A stretch of DNA of 64,000 bases from Octopus sinensis (GCF_006345805.1 NC_043003.1:38564001-38628000), one strand, 5' to 3'. Shown: positions 1 to 14,300, counted from the stretch's first letter. Translations and numbers: made by a program. Notes: a model not told the origin generated them from the sequence alone.

Positions 1-49
1 TGCACTTGGAGTCCACCTTGCTCGCCTCTGTTATGTCCAACATCAGAAC
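1..49 (-). CDS. Candidate coding exon of an unidentified minus-strand gene (runs off the window edge); peptide VLMLDITEASKVDSKC
   Basis: On the minus strand a pyrimidine-rich acceptor (tttttctttacttcctagactgttcttgtatgtttatAG) precedes an open phase-0 frame, which matches the phase-0 end of exon 2164-2231. Confidence 0.6.
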
Positions 50-2163
50 CTATAAACATACAAGAACAGTCTAGGAAGTAAAGAAAAAGCAATATGCTCA
101 GATTGGTATTCTGTATGCCATATGATAAACCACAACAGGACAGAGTACACAGAATGGTCCTGCACTAGGCAGAAGCATACTAAAGAGCAAATATGAATCA
201 CACCTAATTCAACTGAACTAGCTACATGTCTGGTTACTACAAGTCAAATACTACTCTCTGCACACACTGTAATAAATCATTTACAATCTTTATAAATTAA
301 AGAAAACACGAAGATGGGTCAACTTAAACATGTGAAATGCAGCAGGATATGGAAATATGACAACGTATGAATGTTTACACTGTATTTTATGTTGACTTGT
401 ACGTTAGAAAATATGATGGATGTGTGCAGGAAACATTTGGTGTAAAATATATTAAATTCATAGAACACCAAATGACTACTTCCATTGAAACACTTAATTA
501 TCTGTATATATTTTCAAGTGAAACAATGTCAAGCTCATATGAAGTGCTTACAATGTCATTGTACATGTGACGGCTTGGATAGTGAAATGTATTTATGTCA
601 ACCTGCTACCAGTAGTATTCATCATCGTTTAGCGTCTGCTTTCCATGCTAGCATGGGTTGGACGGTATTATTGTAGATAAACCCACTGAGGATGGAAATG
701 ATATAATAAACAAACTCAAAAATTGTAAAAAGTGGAAGAGTTATGTGACTTGCTTATGGGCACAAGTACTACATTGAGGTTTGATTTCCTAACTCTGGGG
801 CTCATTAGTACAGCACCATAACCTTCAGATCATATTCACTATACTGACCACATGGTCACAAGTTCAAATATTACTATTGAGTTTTAACTAAATAAAAACT
901 AGTTCATGGTTGAGTGGCCAGCAGTATGAAGTGGTTTGGGATGTAAAAACAATCGTTCAGAGTTGGACAAAACACAAGTAAGGATGTAAAATAAGTTCTA
1001 AAAGATTCTCTAAATACCGTTTCCGTAGAGGAAAGTGAAAGCCAATATCAATTAGTTTATTCCTTTATTATATATGTGCAGGTATAACTGTGTGGTTAAG
1101 AAGTTTGCTTCCCAACAACTTGGTTTTGGATTCAACTCCACCACATGGCTTTTTGGACAAGTGACTTCTAAAGCTCCAGGCCGATCAAAGCCTTGTGAGT
1201 GAATTTAATAGAAACTGAAAGAAGAGAGAGAGAGAAAGAGTGTGTGTGCGCATGCGCGCACGTGTGTGCATGCGCACTTCCTTGTCTTCCTATGTTTGGT
1301 CATAGGAAAATGTTACCTTGCTTGGAAACAGGTAAGGGTTGCAAGAGAAGCGCATCCAACCAATGAACGATTTACCTCAATGAATTCTGTCTGGCCCATG
1401 CAAGAATGGAAAGGTTGGTATTAAGATAGTGGCAGTAGTGGTGGCAATGGCAATTATGATGGTTCTTTCAGGGTGCCTATTGAAGTATTTTGTCTCTCTT
1501 GTGACTTACCTCAGCTACTGCTGTATTGCATTTTCCAGCAGGTGTGGCCGATATTGCAAGAGTATAACAACAAAATAGTTGTTACTCATAACAAAATATT
1601 GATTCCTAAACATAGAACAAATTTATGAGATTAGATTAAATCACCCCAATTAGTTGACTGGTGGTTCTTTCCATCAACCCCCAAAGGATTAAAAGTGAAG
1701 TTGATTTCAGTGACATTTGAACTCAAAACAAAACGCCACAACTGAATACCACAAGAGACAGAGGATCACACATTTATTTTCAACGCACTATCTCTTCTGC
1801 CAATCTTTTAGGAGGAAAAAATAGAAAGCAGACAATAGTTATCAGACCATGGGATGAATTATTTGTGAAGATACCTCTACAAAAACAATACTTGTTTCAA
1901 CAAGTTTCTACATCAAAACTCTTACCAAATATATAAAAAGGAAGGAAATATTATGTCTGTATGTTTACTTTGTATTATGCATGTTCTAGAGTCCTACATA
2001 GGTCACAGATTGTTTTAAACTAGAATAGAACACTTCTAATCAAGTCTGCTATTAAAAGCTAACTCATTACATCACAAGATGTCAGCTGAGACATTGTTGC
2101 TAAGATATTAGAGAACACAACCAATCCACCCACCACCTTCATGCACGCTGGTTCTAATTGTAC

Positions 2164-2231
2164 CTGAATAATTCCACCCACACCAAATACATGACATATT
2201 GCAGAATCTTCAGCTGTTTCTGGTATCTTGG
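2164..2231 (-). CDS. Candidate internal coding exon (68 nt); peptide (x)KIPETAEDSAICHVFGVGGIIQ
   Basis: Acceptor ttctcttctttttctggtAG, donor CAG|GTacaa, open frame with protein-like composition. Starts phase 1 and ends phase 0. Confidence 0.65.
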
Positions 2232-2903
2232 CTACCAGAAAAAGAAGAGAAGGAAAAACATTTTCTATAGAGTATTGATTTCATTGTCATACACACCACC
2301 AAACTTCAATACAGAACATATTCTGACTTTATCTATTCATAGTGGAAAATCCCAAAAAGTAATCCAAAAGAAAGCAACAATTATTTTGTGACCAACAAGC
2401 TAATGAAAGAATTATTAGCAAAAGTATCATTCATTTTAGAGTTGATGGAGAGACTTAATCAATGCAAATGTTTACATAGGTATGTATCAGACAATGGGGT
2501 ATTGTCATTGCTGTTGTGCTAGGGGATAAGAAGAAATAGAGATTGTATTTATAAACTGTATCAATCATCCAAATGAATATACATATCGCAACTTGCTCTC
2601 GGAGCCACTGAGTTGTGCATTCATCATAACTTTGACTAAACAAAAGAATCACAAGGAAGTTTTTGGCATTATTTGCCGAAAAAAAAAATGTCCACCCAGA
2701 CAGTCAAAGACAAATTGTCTAAAAGTTCGTAAAGAGCATCTAAATTTAACAATCTATTCAACATGAGAAAATTAAGCTGATGGATTAAGACTGTTTGTCA
2801 GTAGTAAGGGCTTGATTGGCTATGATCATGCCAAAGGTTTGTTGAACAAGAATAATGATTTCTGAACCTATGCTGTCTTTAATTGAAAAAATACATTGCA
2901 ATC

Positions 2904-2948
<45 letters not shown>

Positions 2949-3719
2949 TATATACATTCAAAAGATGAGATGATCAAAGCTAAAACAAGCACTGATCATA
3001 GATCTAGATGATCAGGGTTAACCTGGAGTTAAACAACAAGATTTCCTACGTTAAGCAATCATCAATTGACAATAGCATTAACTTTGGACCTCAGAAAAAT
3101 TGAAAGTAAAGCAAAAACATCCATGATAGAATTTTTAGTCTGAATGTTTCATCATCATCATTTTAGCATCCACTCTTCTATGCTTGCATGGGTCACATGG
3201 AGTTTATCAAGAAAGGTTTTCTACTGTCAGACATATTCTCACTGAATACTGGAAATGAATGCACTGTTTGTATGACAGTGACACATGATATTCAGACAAA
3301 GAGACACAAACATAGACATTCAGACACATATATGATGGGATTCTTACAGTTTCCATTTAGCAAATCTTCTCACAAGGATTTGGTTGGCTAGAAACTATAG
3401 TAGGAGACATGCCCACGGTGCCTCACAGGGGAACTGAAGCCATGTGCTTGGGAAACAAACTTTTAACAGCACAAACACATAATTGTTTGTTATCAACTGC
3501 TTATTTTTATCAAAATTAGTAGGGTCAAACACTTTATTTGCTTAGTGTTTAAGGAAACTAAATGTTCTTTATCATTTCTGGCATGTTATTGCTCTTGAAA
3601 AGTCGTACAGTCCATAAACCAAGAAACATTATCTAATAGTGTTCCACCAAATTAAATATCAGATGATGAACAGGCTGATAAAACCTCAGATACAAACTGA
3701 CAAATTCCAGACCATGGGT

Positions 3720-4102
3720 TTAATCCTTTAGCATTTAAACCATCCATGTCTGGCTTGAATGTTCTACCCGTTTTATTTTCAAACCAGCCTGATCCACCCT
3801 TTTAAACCTACTCTATATCATTCTAAACAAGAAAATTGCAGCAAAGCTGCATGATAGTGGTGTCAGACATGACATGCAGACCATCATATAACTTGTTTGA
3901 CATTGCACTTTTATTCTTCTCTTCCGTTTTATTTTCACATGCGCATTGCATTCATGAGAAGCGCTTTGTGCTCTGATGGTTGTGAAAAAAGCTATCACAT
4001 CGTCAAAATTTTGAAGCTGCAAGATAAGGCACGACTAATTGAAAACAATGTGAATAAATAGGCATTACATTTGTCAGAGTAATCTGAATACTAAAGAGTT
4101 AA
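3720..4102 (+). mobile_element. piggyBac-like MITE (TTAA-flanked), longer copy
   Basis: TTAA-tccttagcatt...aatactaaagag-TTAA ends; the interior is shared with the copies at 6.2, 11.9 and 20.9 kb. Confidence 0.65.
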
Positions 4103-5934
4103 CCCAAACTCATAGCTGTGAGTTTTTCAATCTTTCAAAGGTTTTCTACTCTAACAGGATCAAAAACACAAGCATTAGAGATGCATTGAAACCTTCCAAA
4201 ATCTTTTAAATCTCACTCAAGAACATGAACCTTATCTTTTATCTTTTACTTGTTTCAATTATTGGATTGCAGCCATGCTGGAGCACTGCTTTGAAGGGGT
4301 TAGTCAAACAATATCAATCACAGGTTGTTTTTTTTTGCTTTTGTTTTTTTTTTTCGCCTGGTGCTTACTCCGTTGGTCTCTTTTGTTAAGCCACTAGATT
4401 GAGGGGATGTAAACAAACCAATACCAGCTGTCGAGCAGTGGTGAGAAAGAAACAAATACAAACACACACACACATATATATATACATATATACACACACA
4501 AGCTTCTTCCAGTTTCCATATACCTAATCCAATCACAAGACTGGATTAGGTAGATGGCCTGAGGCTATAGTAATGAATGTCACACAGTGGGATTGAACCC
4601 AAAGCCATGTGATTGGTAAGCAAATTGGGAAGCAAACTTCTTACCACACAGCCATGCTAGTGCCTCTATACTGACAAACTTGCTAGAAACCTATATGAGA
4701 ATGAAGGCTTAATGCAGCTAGCTGTTCGAGTAAAGTGTTACATGGATAGAAAACTTCACTGCAAAAATCATGAAAGTTTAGACTTAGGCTACTAATGAGG
4801 CAATCACACCGTAAGAGAACGTAGAAATCAGGTAGCAACTCTGTGCACGTTATTTTTGAAGTATTAGAACACAGTTGTCAGTAGGTAATGCTTAGTTATT
4901 TTGACACAGACTACCAACAATAACAAATAGAGATGTACGAGTCTGGTGTTCACAGAAATAGCAAATGGCGAAATACTTGGACAATGTAAGCTGAGAATAG
5001 AACCTGCACAGATACAGCTGAATACTCCATAAAAGAGGTCTACAAAAAACAGGGTGGTTGGGTAGGTTAGTGGAAATGATATTTAAAAAGAAGGATTAGA
5101 GTGGGAGCAAGAACAAGGTGGATGGGAGGGGTGTCTATGAAATAACCTAAAAGAGGGGAGGAATGGCAGATGGTAATGGTAAATAAAACATACAAAAAAA
5201 AGCAAAGAGAAAGGCCAAGGATGAAGGTCTGCTCAGTGAGCCAGATAAGGATGGGGAGGAGAAAGAGAAAGCCATATAGAACCAACAGGTCACAGTAAAG
5301 AGAGATGTATCTTGTGGGATGTAGGGTGGGAAGGGAGATATAATGGAAAGGCCCAGTCCTTTCTGTGAAGAGGAAAGGAAAGGAAGCAAAATAAAAGAAA
5401 AGGGTTAGAGGATGGGGGGAGGGGTAGATGTAATTCTGGGAAACTATGAGGAGGCTAAAAACACATGTAATTGTGCTCTAGAATAACCATTATAAAACCA
5501 CTGGTGGTTGTACTGCAGTCACCAAATATACCAAGTCCACCCTTAAAAATAAAGCTACAGCAGCAAAGACAAGCTTATTTGAGAGGTGTAACAGGAGTAA
5601 TTTAGAGAGAAACACACATACACACACTACTACTAGTAGTAATTATTAGAATGATGGAGACAGGCAGTCAGTGAGTTAGGGTGGGTATGAACAACTGCAG
5701 GGTGGCATGAGAAAGGACAAGCAAGGGAAGGAAAAGAGAAAATATCTAGAACATCAGCAGTGTATGTAAGATACAGAAAAAATAAATAAATAGAAATATT
5801 AAAAACAAAAACTACAGATTACAGACAAATGGGATTATAAGCCTAAGTGCTAATAATCTGCAGTCAGATTAATGCAGATTAACTTATCCTCCCTCCCAAT
5901 ACTCAGTAAAGAGGTGATCAGATTGTAGCTTCAC

Positions 5935-6003
5935 CTGAACAGTATAATGGAGCAGATAAGAATAGATTTTCCTTTAACACCAGTTGGTAAGTTGCCACAC
6001 TGG
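5935..6003 (-). CDS. Candidate internal coding exon (69 nt); peptide (x)SVATYQLVLKENLFLSAPLYCS
   Basis: Acceptor tatttttgtgtaaacAG, donor CAG|GTgaag, open frame. Phase 1 to phase 1, so it joins exon 2164-2231 in frame (G+CC = Ala). Confidence 0.45.
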
Positions 6004-6245
6004 CTGTTTACACAAAAATATACACAAATGTTGGGCCACAGTTACACAACAGTCAACACACTCACACACATTCATTTAAATATAGTTCTAGGTTTCCCTA
6101 CAAAACAAAAAAAAAGAAGTGGGGGGAGTGTTTATTTGCAAATAATTTCTATTATTTACAATGTAGTTTGGAAAAGCTAGAGGCCCTATACCTTTCAATC
6201 ACCCTTGCAGGTTGATGTTGTGAAAACAAAGGCAAGAAGGAAATT

Positions 6246-6465
6246 ACAATTAGCATTATAATTGGCCATATCTGGCCAAAATATTCTGCCTACTTTATGT
6301 TCAAACTGGCCAGATCTTGTCTCTCACATCTACCCTACAATGTCATTTTTAAAATAAACAATGACATCATCAAAATCTTGGAGCTGAGATAATGCATGAT
6401 TAATTCAAAACAGTGTGAATACATAAGCATTACATATAACAATAATCTGAATGCTAAAGGGTTAA
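6246..6465 (+). mobile_element. piggyBac-like MITE
   Basis: Ends ...ttagcatt / aatgctaaagggTTAA with the shared internal sequence. Confidence 0.65.
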
Positions 6466-6904
6466 AGAACTACAGACAAAATGTTTGGGCAAATTGTTTG
6501 GTGTAGGGAATGAAGGATAATATGGATGATGAGAGGCAGAGGAGGGCGATGCACAATTTGCTAGTTTGCAGTAATATTTCTGAACCATTTATTGCCTGTG
6601 GGCCCCTTTGATTCCGATTTTTCTCAAGTGGACCCTCATAGCCATTTGATGTTTAAAAATTCCTATTATATTTATAAACAACAAAATCTTATATGGATCC
6701 TGGTTGAGAACCACTGGTCTAACGCAACAAATACAGTAGTAGTAGTAGTAGTAGTAGTAGGTAGAAGGATAATGTGTTGGTGCATTAGTAGATGCAGAGG
6801 ACTATGGATGAGGGTTTACCAATAACTCAGTTACGAAGGCACTCAAATGCTGTACTAATTAATAACTATACAACACAAAATATTAAGGGCTCCCATATCG
6901 CATG

Positions 6905-7170
6905 TATCACTGGCATGGGTGCCCCTTATGCATCACCAGCATGGGTGCCCCGTATGCATCACCAACACGGGTGCTCCTTACACATCACTGGCACAGGTAT
7001 CCCTTTTGCATCACCAGCTTGGGTGCCCCTTAGGCATCCACTGGCACGGGTGCCCCTTACGCATCACCGGGTACCTTTTACATGTCACCAGCATGAGTGC
7101 CTTTTTATGTGTCACCAGCACAAATGCCTTTTACGTGTCACCAGCATGAGTGCCTCACACGTGTCACGTG
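6905..7170. repeat. Degenerate ~26-bp tandem repeat (tgccccttatgcatcaccagcatggg)
   Basis: About 10 diverged units visible. Confidence 0.8.
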
Positions 7171-8214
7171 TTGCCAGCACTGACCGCAACTATGATTTCA
7201 CTTAGCTTGATGCATCTCCTCAAACACAGCAAATCACCAAAAGTCTCAGTCATTTGTCATCAACTCTGTGAGATATAATAAAGATAAAAATTTTAGAATG
7301 CCAAGATGCTAAATAATTCTGAGGGGCCTTGTACGAAATCCTGGTTTTGTGATTTTAAAGGGAGTGATGGTTAAATATGAACATTTTCTCCAATAGTTGC
7401 ACAAGCTACAGCTTTTATTAACAGGAAAACTGTAGGACTTTATTCTTTATTTTTCTTTTTACCTTAAAGCCATTATTATTTTGCACCATGATAAAAGACA
7501 ATCAAGCCAGGACCATCCCAAATTTGTATATCAAAAACTACATTTTGCAATACAGCTAGAGTTAATTTGTCACCTGGTTTAACATCATCACTGGTCTGTT
7601 TGCACTTTTAGAGCAAGCCACTGTTGCAAGCATTGAGTGCCATATCTCCAGTCTGAGGATAACTTCTTTCTTTTCCCTTCCAGTGACTGAAGCCTTGAAA
7701 AGGGTCATTAAGTAATGTTTGATCTGAGAGATTTGGTTGGCATTTCTTGCAGGTCAAGTGACTACACAGAGGCTTCCCTCATTGGCTTAAATGTGTCGGA
7801 ATTTATGTTACATGGATGAAAGACAACTCTACTTCTGGATAAATCAAGAGTTTTTCAGGAGTACTTCAGCTCCAAACATTTGTCAGTCAGAGAGAGGTAT
7901 GATACACCTGTAACAATTGATCTACAGATGGCACCTAGTTGTTTCATTGACATCCTATGTAGTTCTGAGGAGTAAGGATTAGAAATAAAAAGGGTGAGGT
8001 AGAAAATCAGGTAGAGTATCTAGAGATGGATGAGACGCCGTAGTGGTAAAAGGAGTGCATTGATGCACAGCTGATCAGAAGTTACTGTTGTACTGGGAAC
8101 CAACGAATCATTAACCACACAAACCAGCAATGCTGTGCCAATAAGCTCAACTAACAAACATCCATAGCTTGACTGACAATGTACATTGGACAACTGTAAC
8201 TGTACCCAACCATA

Positions 8215-8550
8215 GACAGATCAGCAACCTCGACTACATCCAACCAGAGATACACAGCCTCAAATATATCTCACCATGGTTGGACCAACATCTTCAACTA
8301 TACACCATATTAGTTAGATTAACAATCACAGCAATATCCAACCACTGTTAGACTAACAACCTTAATTATATTCAACCACAGGTAGACAGACAAACCTCAA
8401 TTACAAACTATCCTAGAAACCAACAACTTTAAATATACCTTACCATAATTAGACCAACACCCTCAACTTTAACAAGTCAGGTCAACAACCGCAATTATAT
8501 CCAACCTTTGTTAGACTAACAATGTTAATTATATCTAACTACAGACCAAC
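8215..8550. repeat. Decayed ~33-bp minisatellite
   Basis: Recurring caattatatccaacc...ttagactaacaac units. Confidence 0.55.
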
Positions 8551-11500
8551 AACTTTCAAACATTAGAAATAGGTAGCCATAAGATTAGGAAACTGCAGGA
8601 AGACCAAGATAATATATTAGTAGCTGTAAAATCAACTAACATAAACATGTTCACACAAGGATGTAATTAGTAATAGCGCTAAGATCAACTAACCTCAAAA
8701 GACTGTAGTAATATCAGTCCAATCTTTTTTCTGGAACTACCATATCTGAAAATAGAAAATTCAGTTTTGTCAGAAATCAGAAGCAAATTAACAGCAGCTA
8801 CAATAATAATAATAACAATAATAATAAACCCATCGAGCCTGTACATGAGTCAGTTGGCCTGCTAGAAATACCACCAAGGTCTCCAATTCACAACCTGCTT
8901 TCTCAGTAAAGAATGATACACTACAGAGTAGCCCTAGAAATATGAAAAAGATAGGATGGTCATAGCTAAAAAGCCTCTAACATTAGTTTACCAAATCAGA
9001 GTCGACTTTGGTACTAATCAGCCATATTTAACAACAATAAAGTCATTGTTAGATAAGATGCTGGTCTACCAACATCTATTGTTCACTATGTCTAATTTGT
9101 ATCTATGGTCAAAACACCAGGCTATCACTGTCTCAATACAACTAGCTGTAAATAATGTGGTAGCTTCGGTGCAATGCTGTATCAGTGTAAACAGTGAACT
9201 TATTGTTTGATTAACAACTATTTCGTTAGTTGAGAGTGCTGAGTTCAAGTCCTGTTAAAGGCATAAACTAACATAAAAACATTCACATCATACATTGATA
9301 GATATAAAGAAAGCTGGCGTAAGTGCTCTATCAATGCACTCACCCAAAAGCCTGAAGTGAGATATGAACTTCTGAGTCAGACATCCAGTGTTTTATCTCT
9401 AGCTATTTAATTCAGAAAGATTATTACACAAGTATGAACCAGCCATCCCTGCCCTTTTATGTATTGCTGCTTATCACTTCCTTCTCCTTATCCCATTGCT
9501 ATTTTCCTTTACCTAGTTCTCAAACTGAGATTCACCATTGCCCATGCTTCCATCTGTGTCTTCCATTCACCTCTAACCCCCTCTGTCATTCTCCTTTCCC
9601 ATCCTGCAAACCTACCCAGCCACTCATCTTCAATCCATCATTATTCTTTCTTAAATCCATCTTCTAGTCTTTTTTGATGATGTCCTAAACACCTCATCAC
9701 CATCATCCTCTCTTTCTTTCAAGCTGAGGTATCTCCTTTACAGATCCTGTACCTTTATATTTTAGCTTGTTAACACCAGGTACAAATCACCTGCTTCAAT
9801 ACAGCACTTCTATACAGTTGAGAGAGTCTTGTAAGTTATTTGGTGGCCTCAATGTTGGTACCACAAAAAAAAAAGCACATCAAATTCTGTAAAGTGGTTA
9901 GCATTAGGAAGGGCATCCAGCTATAGAAACCATGCCAAAACAGAGATGCATGTATGTTTAAGTGTACACACACATAATTGCATGATTGTTTACATAAGCA
10001 CTTCTCCAAAAATTAATGAAACTGTTCTCACATCCCTGCCAAAAAATTGTCCACTGCCTCTGTGCTTCCAAAGACATGTAAAATGGAAGATCTTATACTT
10101 GAAAAACAGGTAAGGGTTAATGACAGGAAGTGCATCCAGCTCTAAAACATTACTTCAATACATATTTGCCTAACATATGCTAGCATTGAAAAACAATGAA
10201 GCAGAGGAATAAACTCATTGCTGTAAGCAGTGACATTACTTCAAAACCACTTAGGGTTTCATTAGCTAGTTCTTCTAGTTACCAATATAGCCAGGAGAAA
10301 GAGGAGTTCCAACAAATTTATTTGTTCAAGATACACTTCAGCAATGTCCCTACAATGAAGCCCTTGTTGGAGTCATTCAACTATAGTACATCCCATTTAA
10401 TTTCCAAAACTGGTTCTCTGCTTTAAAAACAAGGCCAAAATATATGGAACTCTAGCGAACACCATTAAATAGAGATAAGCCACTTCAGTTCATTCCTGGT
10501 TGTGTTTGTTTCATATGCATAACTAATGTCTTTGGAAAAGGTATAAAACAATTTTCCTTTTGTGTCTATCTTGATGCCAGTAGGGTTAAACAGTCAACAA
10601 GAATAGTCAGTGAACACTGATAATCACCTACAAATAGATACCACCAGTTATAAATAGTTAGAAAGAAAAATCAAATTATAAGATGTTTAACATATGTACT
10701 TCCATGCGTATACAATATGATTTCAATTAGGTTTTTAACTGCAGACTTGTTTAACCTATGCTTGCATGGAAAAACAGAAATGTAAAAAGACAATGACTCA
10801 GTGAGTTGCTAAGAGGTTTGGGTTTCATGAAACTCAGTCCGAAAAATAAAGTAAAATTAATACATTTATCTTAATACAACCACTACAGCTACCACTACCA
10901 ATGATAATAGCCAACACCATGACCACATTCTTTGAAAACTAACATTGTTTTAATACAATAGCCAACAACAAGCCATTTGTATTAACGGTCAGTGGAGGGT
11001 GTGGAGTAATTAGTTAATATGGAATGAATTTCATCTCATATTTGATGCACGTGCTTGCACACACATATACACACACAAAATCTATCAACAGACTTCAAAT
11101 TGGCAAAGAATTAAAAAAAAAAAGTAAAAGAAAAAACATTAATAGGAAATGCAATCACAATAATACTAGCTACCACTACTTGTATTACAACTTATGCAAT
11201 CACAGCTATCACTGTCATTACAACCATAGCAATCACAACCAGTCATTACCTACAGCCAAACTTCAATTCTATGGAGAATAATAGAGGAATTTTCTAGAAG
11301 GAAGCAAGAATAATATTTGCCAATCATATCAATTGGTTTCTCTGAAAATTACAGGATATTGAATGATTGTCTTGGTGGAGGGGAAGAGAAGCAATTTAAA
11401 AGAGGACAGGGAGTCCCTAACAAAGAATTTACAGGCTAATTTCATTAAATGGAATCAGATGGATGAAATTCAATGCAGAACTGCCAGAGGGGCAGTAGAC

Positions 11501-11941
11501 AGAATTAAGTGAGTTAGGAGAAAAATGTGTCTAATTTTGATAAGTGTGTAAGTGAATGGATGTGGAGTGGACTGGGTATAGACAACAAAATACTTCAACA
11601 ATGAGTACTACTTCTGCACCATCCAGATTACTAATTTCCATACTACATCATAGTAAGACACAACAGTCTGCTTAGTGACTTCCACACCATAATAAACACA
11701 GCAGACAGTTCATTAACTTGCACACCACACAATGGTAAACATACCACTCGGTTTACTGATTTCTACACCAAAGTAAATAGCTAGCAACCAGTTTACTAAG
11801 TTCCACACAACAATCAAATGTACTGATTAGGTTTTACTAACTTCCACACCACCATGTATTAAACACACAAGTCAGTTTATTAGACTCCACAGTACACTTG
11901 CCACTATCCTCTCAGAAGAAAACGGAGGGATGGCACCATGT

Positions 11942-12169
11942 TTAACTCATTAGCATTCAGATTACTCAGTAAAATGGAATGCTTGTTTATCCACATTGTT
12001 TTGAATTAATCATGCATTATCATGTAACTTCAAGATTCTGATGATCTGAATGTTAATTTTTAGAATGACATTGTAGGGTAGGTGTGAAAGGCTGGATCTG
12101 GTCAGTTTCAACATAAAACAGGTAGACTATTGCAGCTGAATATGGCAGGTTTAAATTCTAGAGGGTTAA
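11942..12169 (-). mobile_element. piggyBac-like MITE
   Basis: TTAActcattagcattcagattac...aattctagagggTTAA, opposite orientation to the 6.2 kb copy. Confidence 0.7.
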
Positions 12170-13048
12170 ACTCTGAATTCAAGGATAAAACTATCATTAG
12201 CCTCAATAAAATCAGTGTGGTAATAGCTAGAAACACCAGTTGATCGTTCTACTCAACTTGATTCTATTGTATCAAACCTGTTCAAAGTGAATTGACTGGT
12301 GAGGAAGGGCTGCGCTGCTCAATGGCAGCAACAGGGTAATGTATATGACAAGTGTCAAGCCAATGGCATACCTGTGACTGGTCAGACTGACCTGCTGGAA
12401 ATAACTAGATATACAATAAAGAAAACCCATCAATTTTAAAAACAAAACAGTAGGTAAAGCTACAAGTAACAGCATGTAGAATTATTATTCACAGCTTTAT
12501 CTGCAGGTTCTATTGTTAAAATGATTTATTTCATAACTCACTAAGGTTCTTAAAAAAAATAAAATAAAAATTCCTATAATGCAAACAAAAATATATACAG
12601 AAAAATTGGATTGTTCTCATAAAATTTTCTCATGTATATGAATTTCAAATTAATTTTATTTCTCTCTATCTCTTTTAAACTATTAATGAACTGAGAGAAT
12701 AGTAATGCCTTTATCCTAAAGAAACAATTCTCATTATGGTTCCTCATCCCTCTGTAAAGTTAATAATTTAATGCAATCTCATGTTTAATAGACCTCTGTT
12801 TTCCTAACTACTTTGTATCGAAGAGATCTGACTAGATTGAAATAGCAGCTATATGCAAATGTTAAAGACACTTATGAGGAAAAGGCAAATTAAGGGAAAG
12901 AAGATTTAATGAAATAAATGCTTAAAGAAATTTTTTTCAATTTCTTTCACTTATGAAAACAATTTAGTAATATGGATTTTGGCAAGGCAATTCTTTCCCT
13001 GGCCATACAGATGAACAACCAAACAACAGAGATTTACAAGAATATATA

Positions 13049-14300
13049 TTGGGTCACCCCATAAATAATGCAGTTTTTTCAATTGCATGAACTAAAAGTC
13101 AGAGGGGAATGAGATAAACTACCTGTATCAACTTGCTATAAAAGCAGGCAGTAATTTTACCTTGAACTTATTCTTTGTGCAAGTTTTGAAAAGTGCAGTT
13201 TGATTTTAAGTTATTTTTTTAAAGCTATAAAGGAGCATATTCAGCATATTTTGCTTTATGAATTCAATAGAGGCAACAATGCAATAGAAAGCGTGAGGAA
13301 TATTAATGCAGTATATGGGGGTTGGACAATAAGCGTAATCCACTGTCAACGGTGATTCCAGATATTTTGAGCTGGAACTACAACCTAGAAGATAAGCCTT
13401 GTCCTGGAAGATTTGTAGAGCTCAATGAGGACTTCCTGCAAACCCTGGTGGAACAAAATCCCATCATAACTGTTAAGGAACTAGCAGAGAAGCTTGGATT
13501 TGGTCATTCAACCAGCCTTCGACACCTGCATGCCATCAAAGTCAGTGAATTGGGTCAATGGGTTCCTCACAAACTTTTCAAGTCTAATCATGCACAGAGA
13601 GTGAATGTGTGCTCTTCTTTGCTGTTGTGTTTCACAAATTAACCTTTTTTGAACTGAATAGTGACAAGAAATAGGTCGCCTATAAAAAATATCAAGTGCC
13701 GAAGACAGTGGGCAGGGAAAGGAGAAACACCAGTTCCAGGCTAAAAAAGGTTGTCACCCACATAACGTGTTATCTGTTTGGTGGGATATGAAAGGTTTAG
13801 TCTATTTTAAACATTTAAACCTAAAACGATAACAAAGGAGATCTACTGTAAACAGCTTGAGTGGCTTAAGTCAACACTAGGAGGAAAACAACCATCTTTG
13901 GTTTCAAGACAAAAGGTGTTCTTCCATGAGGATAATGCTTGGTCACATACAATGAGGATGACATTCCAAAGGCTGAAGTAGTTTAAATGGGAAACGATGC
14001 CCCACCTACCATATTCGCCAGACATTGTGCCAACTGATTATCATTTATTCTGTAGTCTTCAAAATCATTTGGAGGCAAAACAATATGAATTCTGTAGAAG
14101 AGGTCAGAACAGTACTGGAGGAGTATTTTTTGTCACGGACAAGTGAATTTTGGAAGAGGGGCCTTGCAAGTCTACTAGATAGATGGAAGAGCATTGTAGA
14201 AAATGAAGGAGAGTATATTTTTGATTTTAAAAAAACTATTTTAATTTTGAAAAATAAAATAAAAGTATAAAAAAGCCGCATTATTTATGGGGTGACCCAA
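13049..14300 (+). mobile_element. Full-length but inactivated mariner (Tc1/mariner, D34D type) DNA transposon
   Basis: Terminal inverted repeats TTGGGTCACCCCATAAATAATGC / GCATTATTTATGGGGTGACCCAA flanked by TA (13047-48, 14301-02). Transposase remnants include the HTH region, WVPHKL (13559), HEDNAWSH (~13924) and YSPDIVPTDY (14012), with stops and frameshifts. Confidence 0.95.
13222..14225 (+). pseudogene. Mariner transposase pseudogene
   Basis: KEHIQHILLYEFNRGNNA...LVEQNPIITVKELAEKLGFGHST...WVPHKL...YSPD...FWKRGLASLLDRWKSIVENEGEY spread over several frames. The start codon and the first catalytic Asp region are damaged. Confidence 0.9.

Noticed and set aside
9066-9248. Protein-like minus-strand ORF (…SCIETVIAWCFDHRYKLDIVNNRC)
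   Set aside because: There is no credible donor site and no recognisable homology.
12272-12400. Possible minus-strand exon (QVSLTSHRYAIG... or GQSDQSQVCHWLD...)
   Set aside because: The splice sites and open frame do not agree convincingly, and it is not phase-linked to the other exons.
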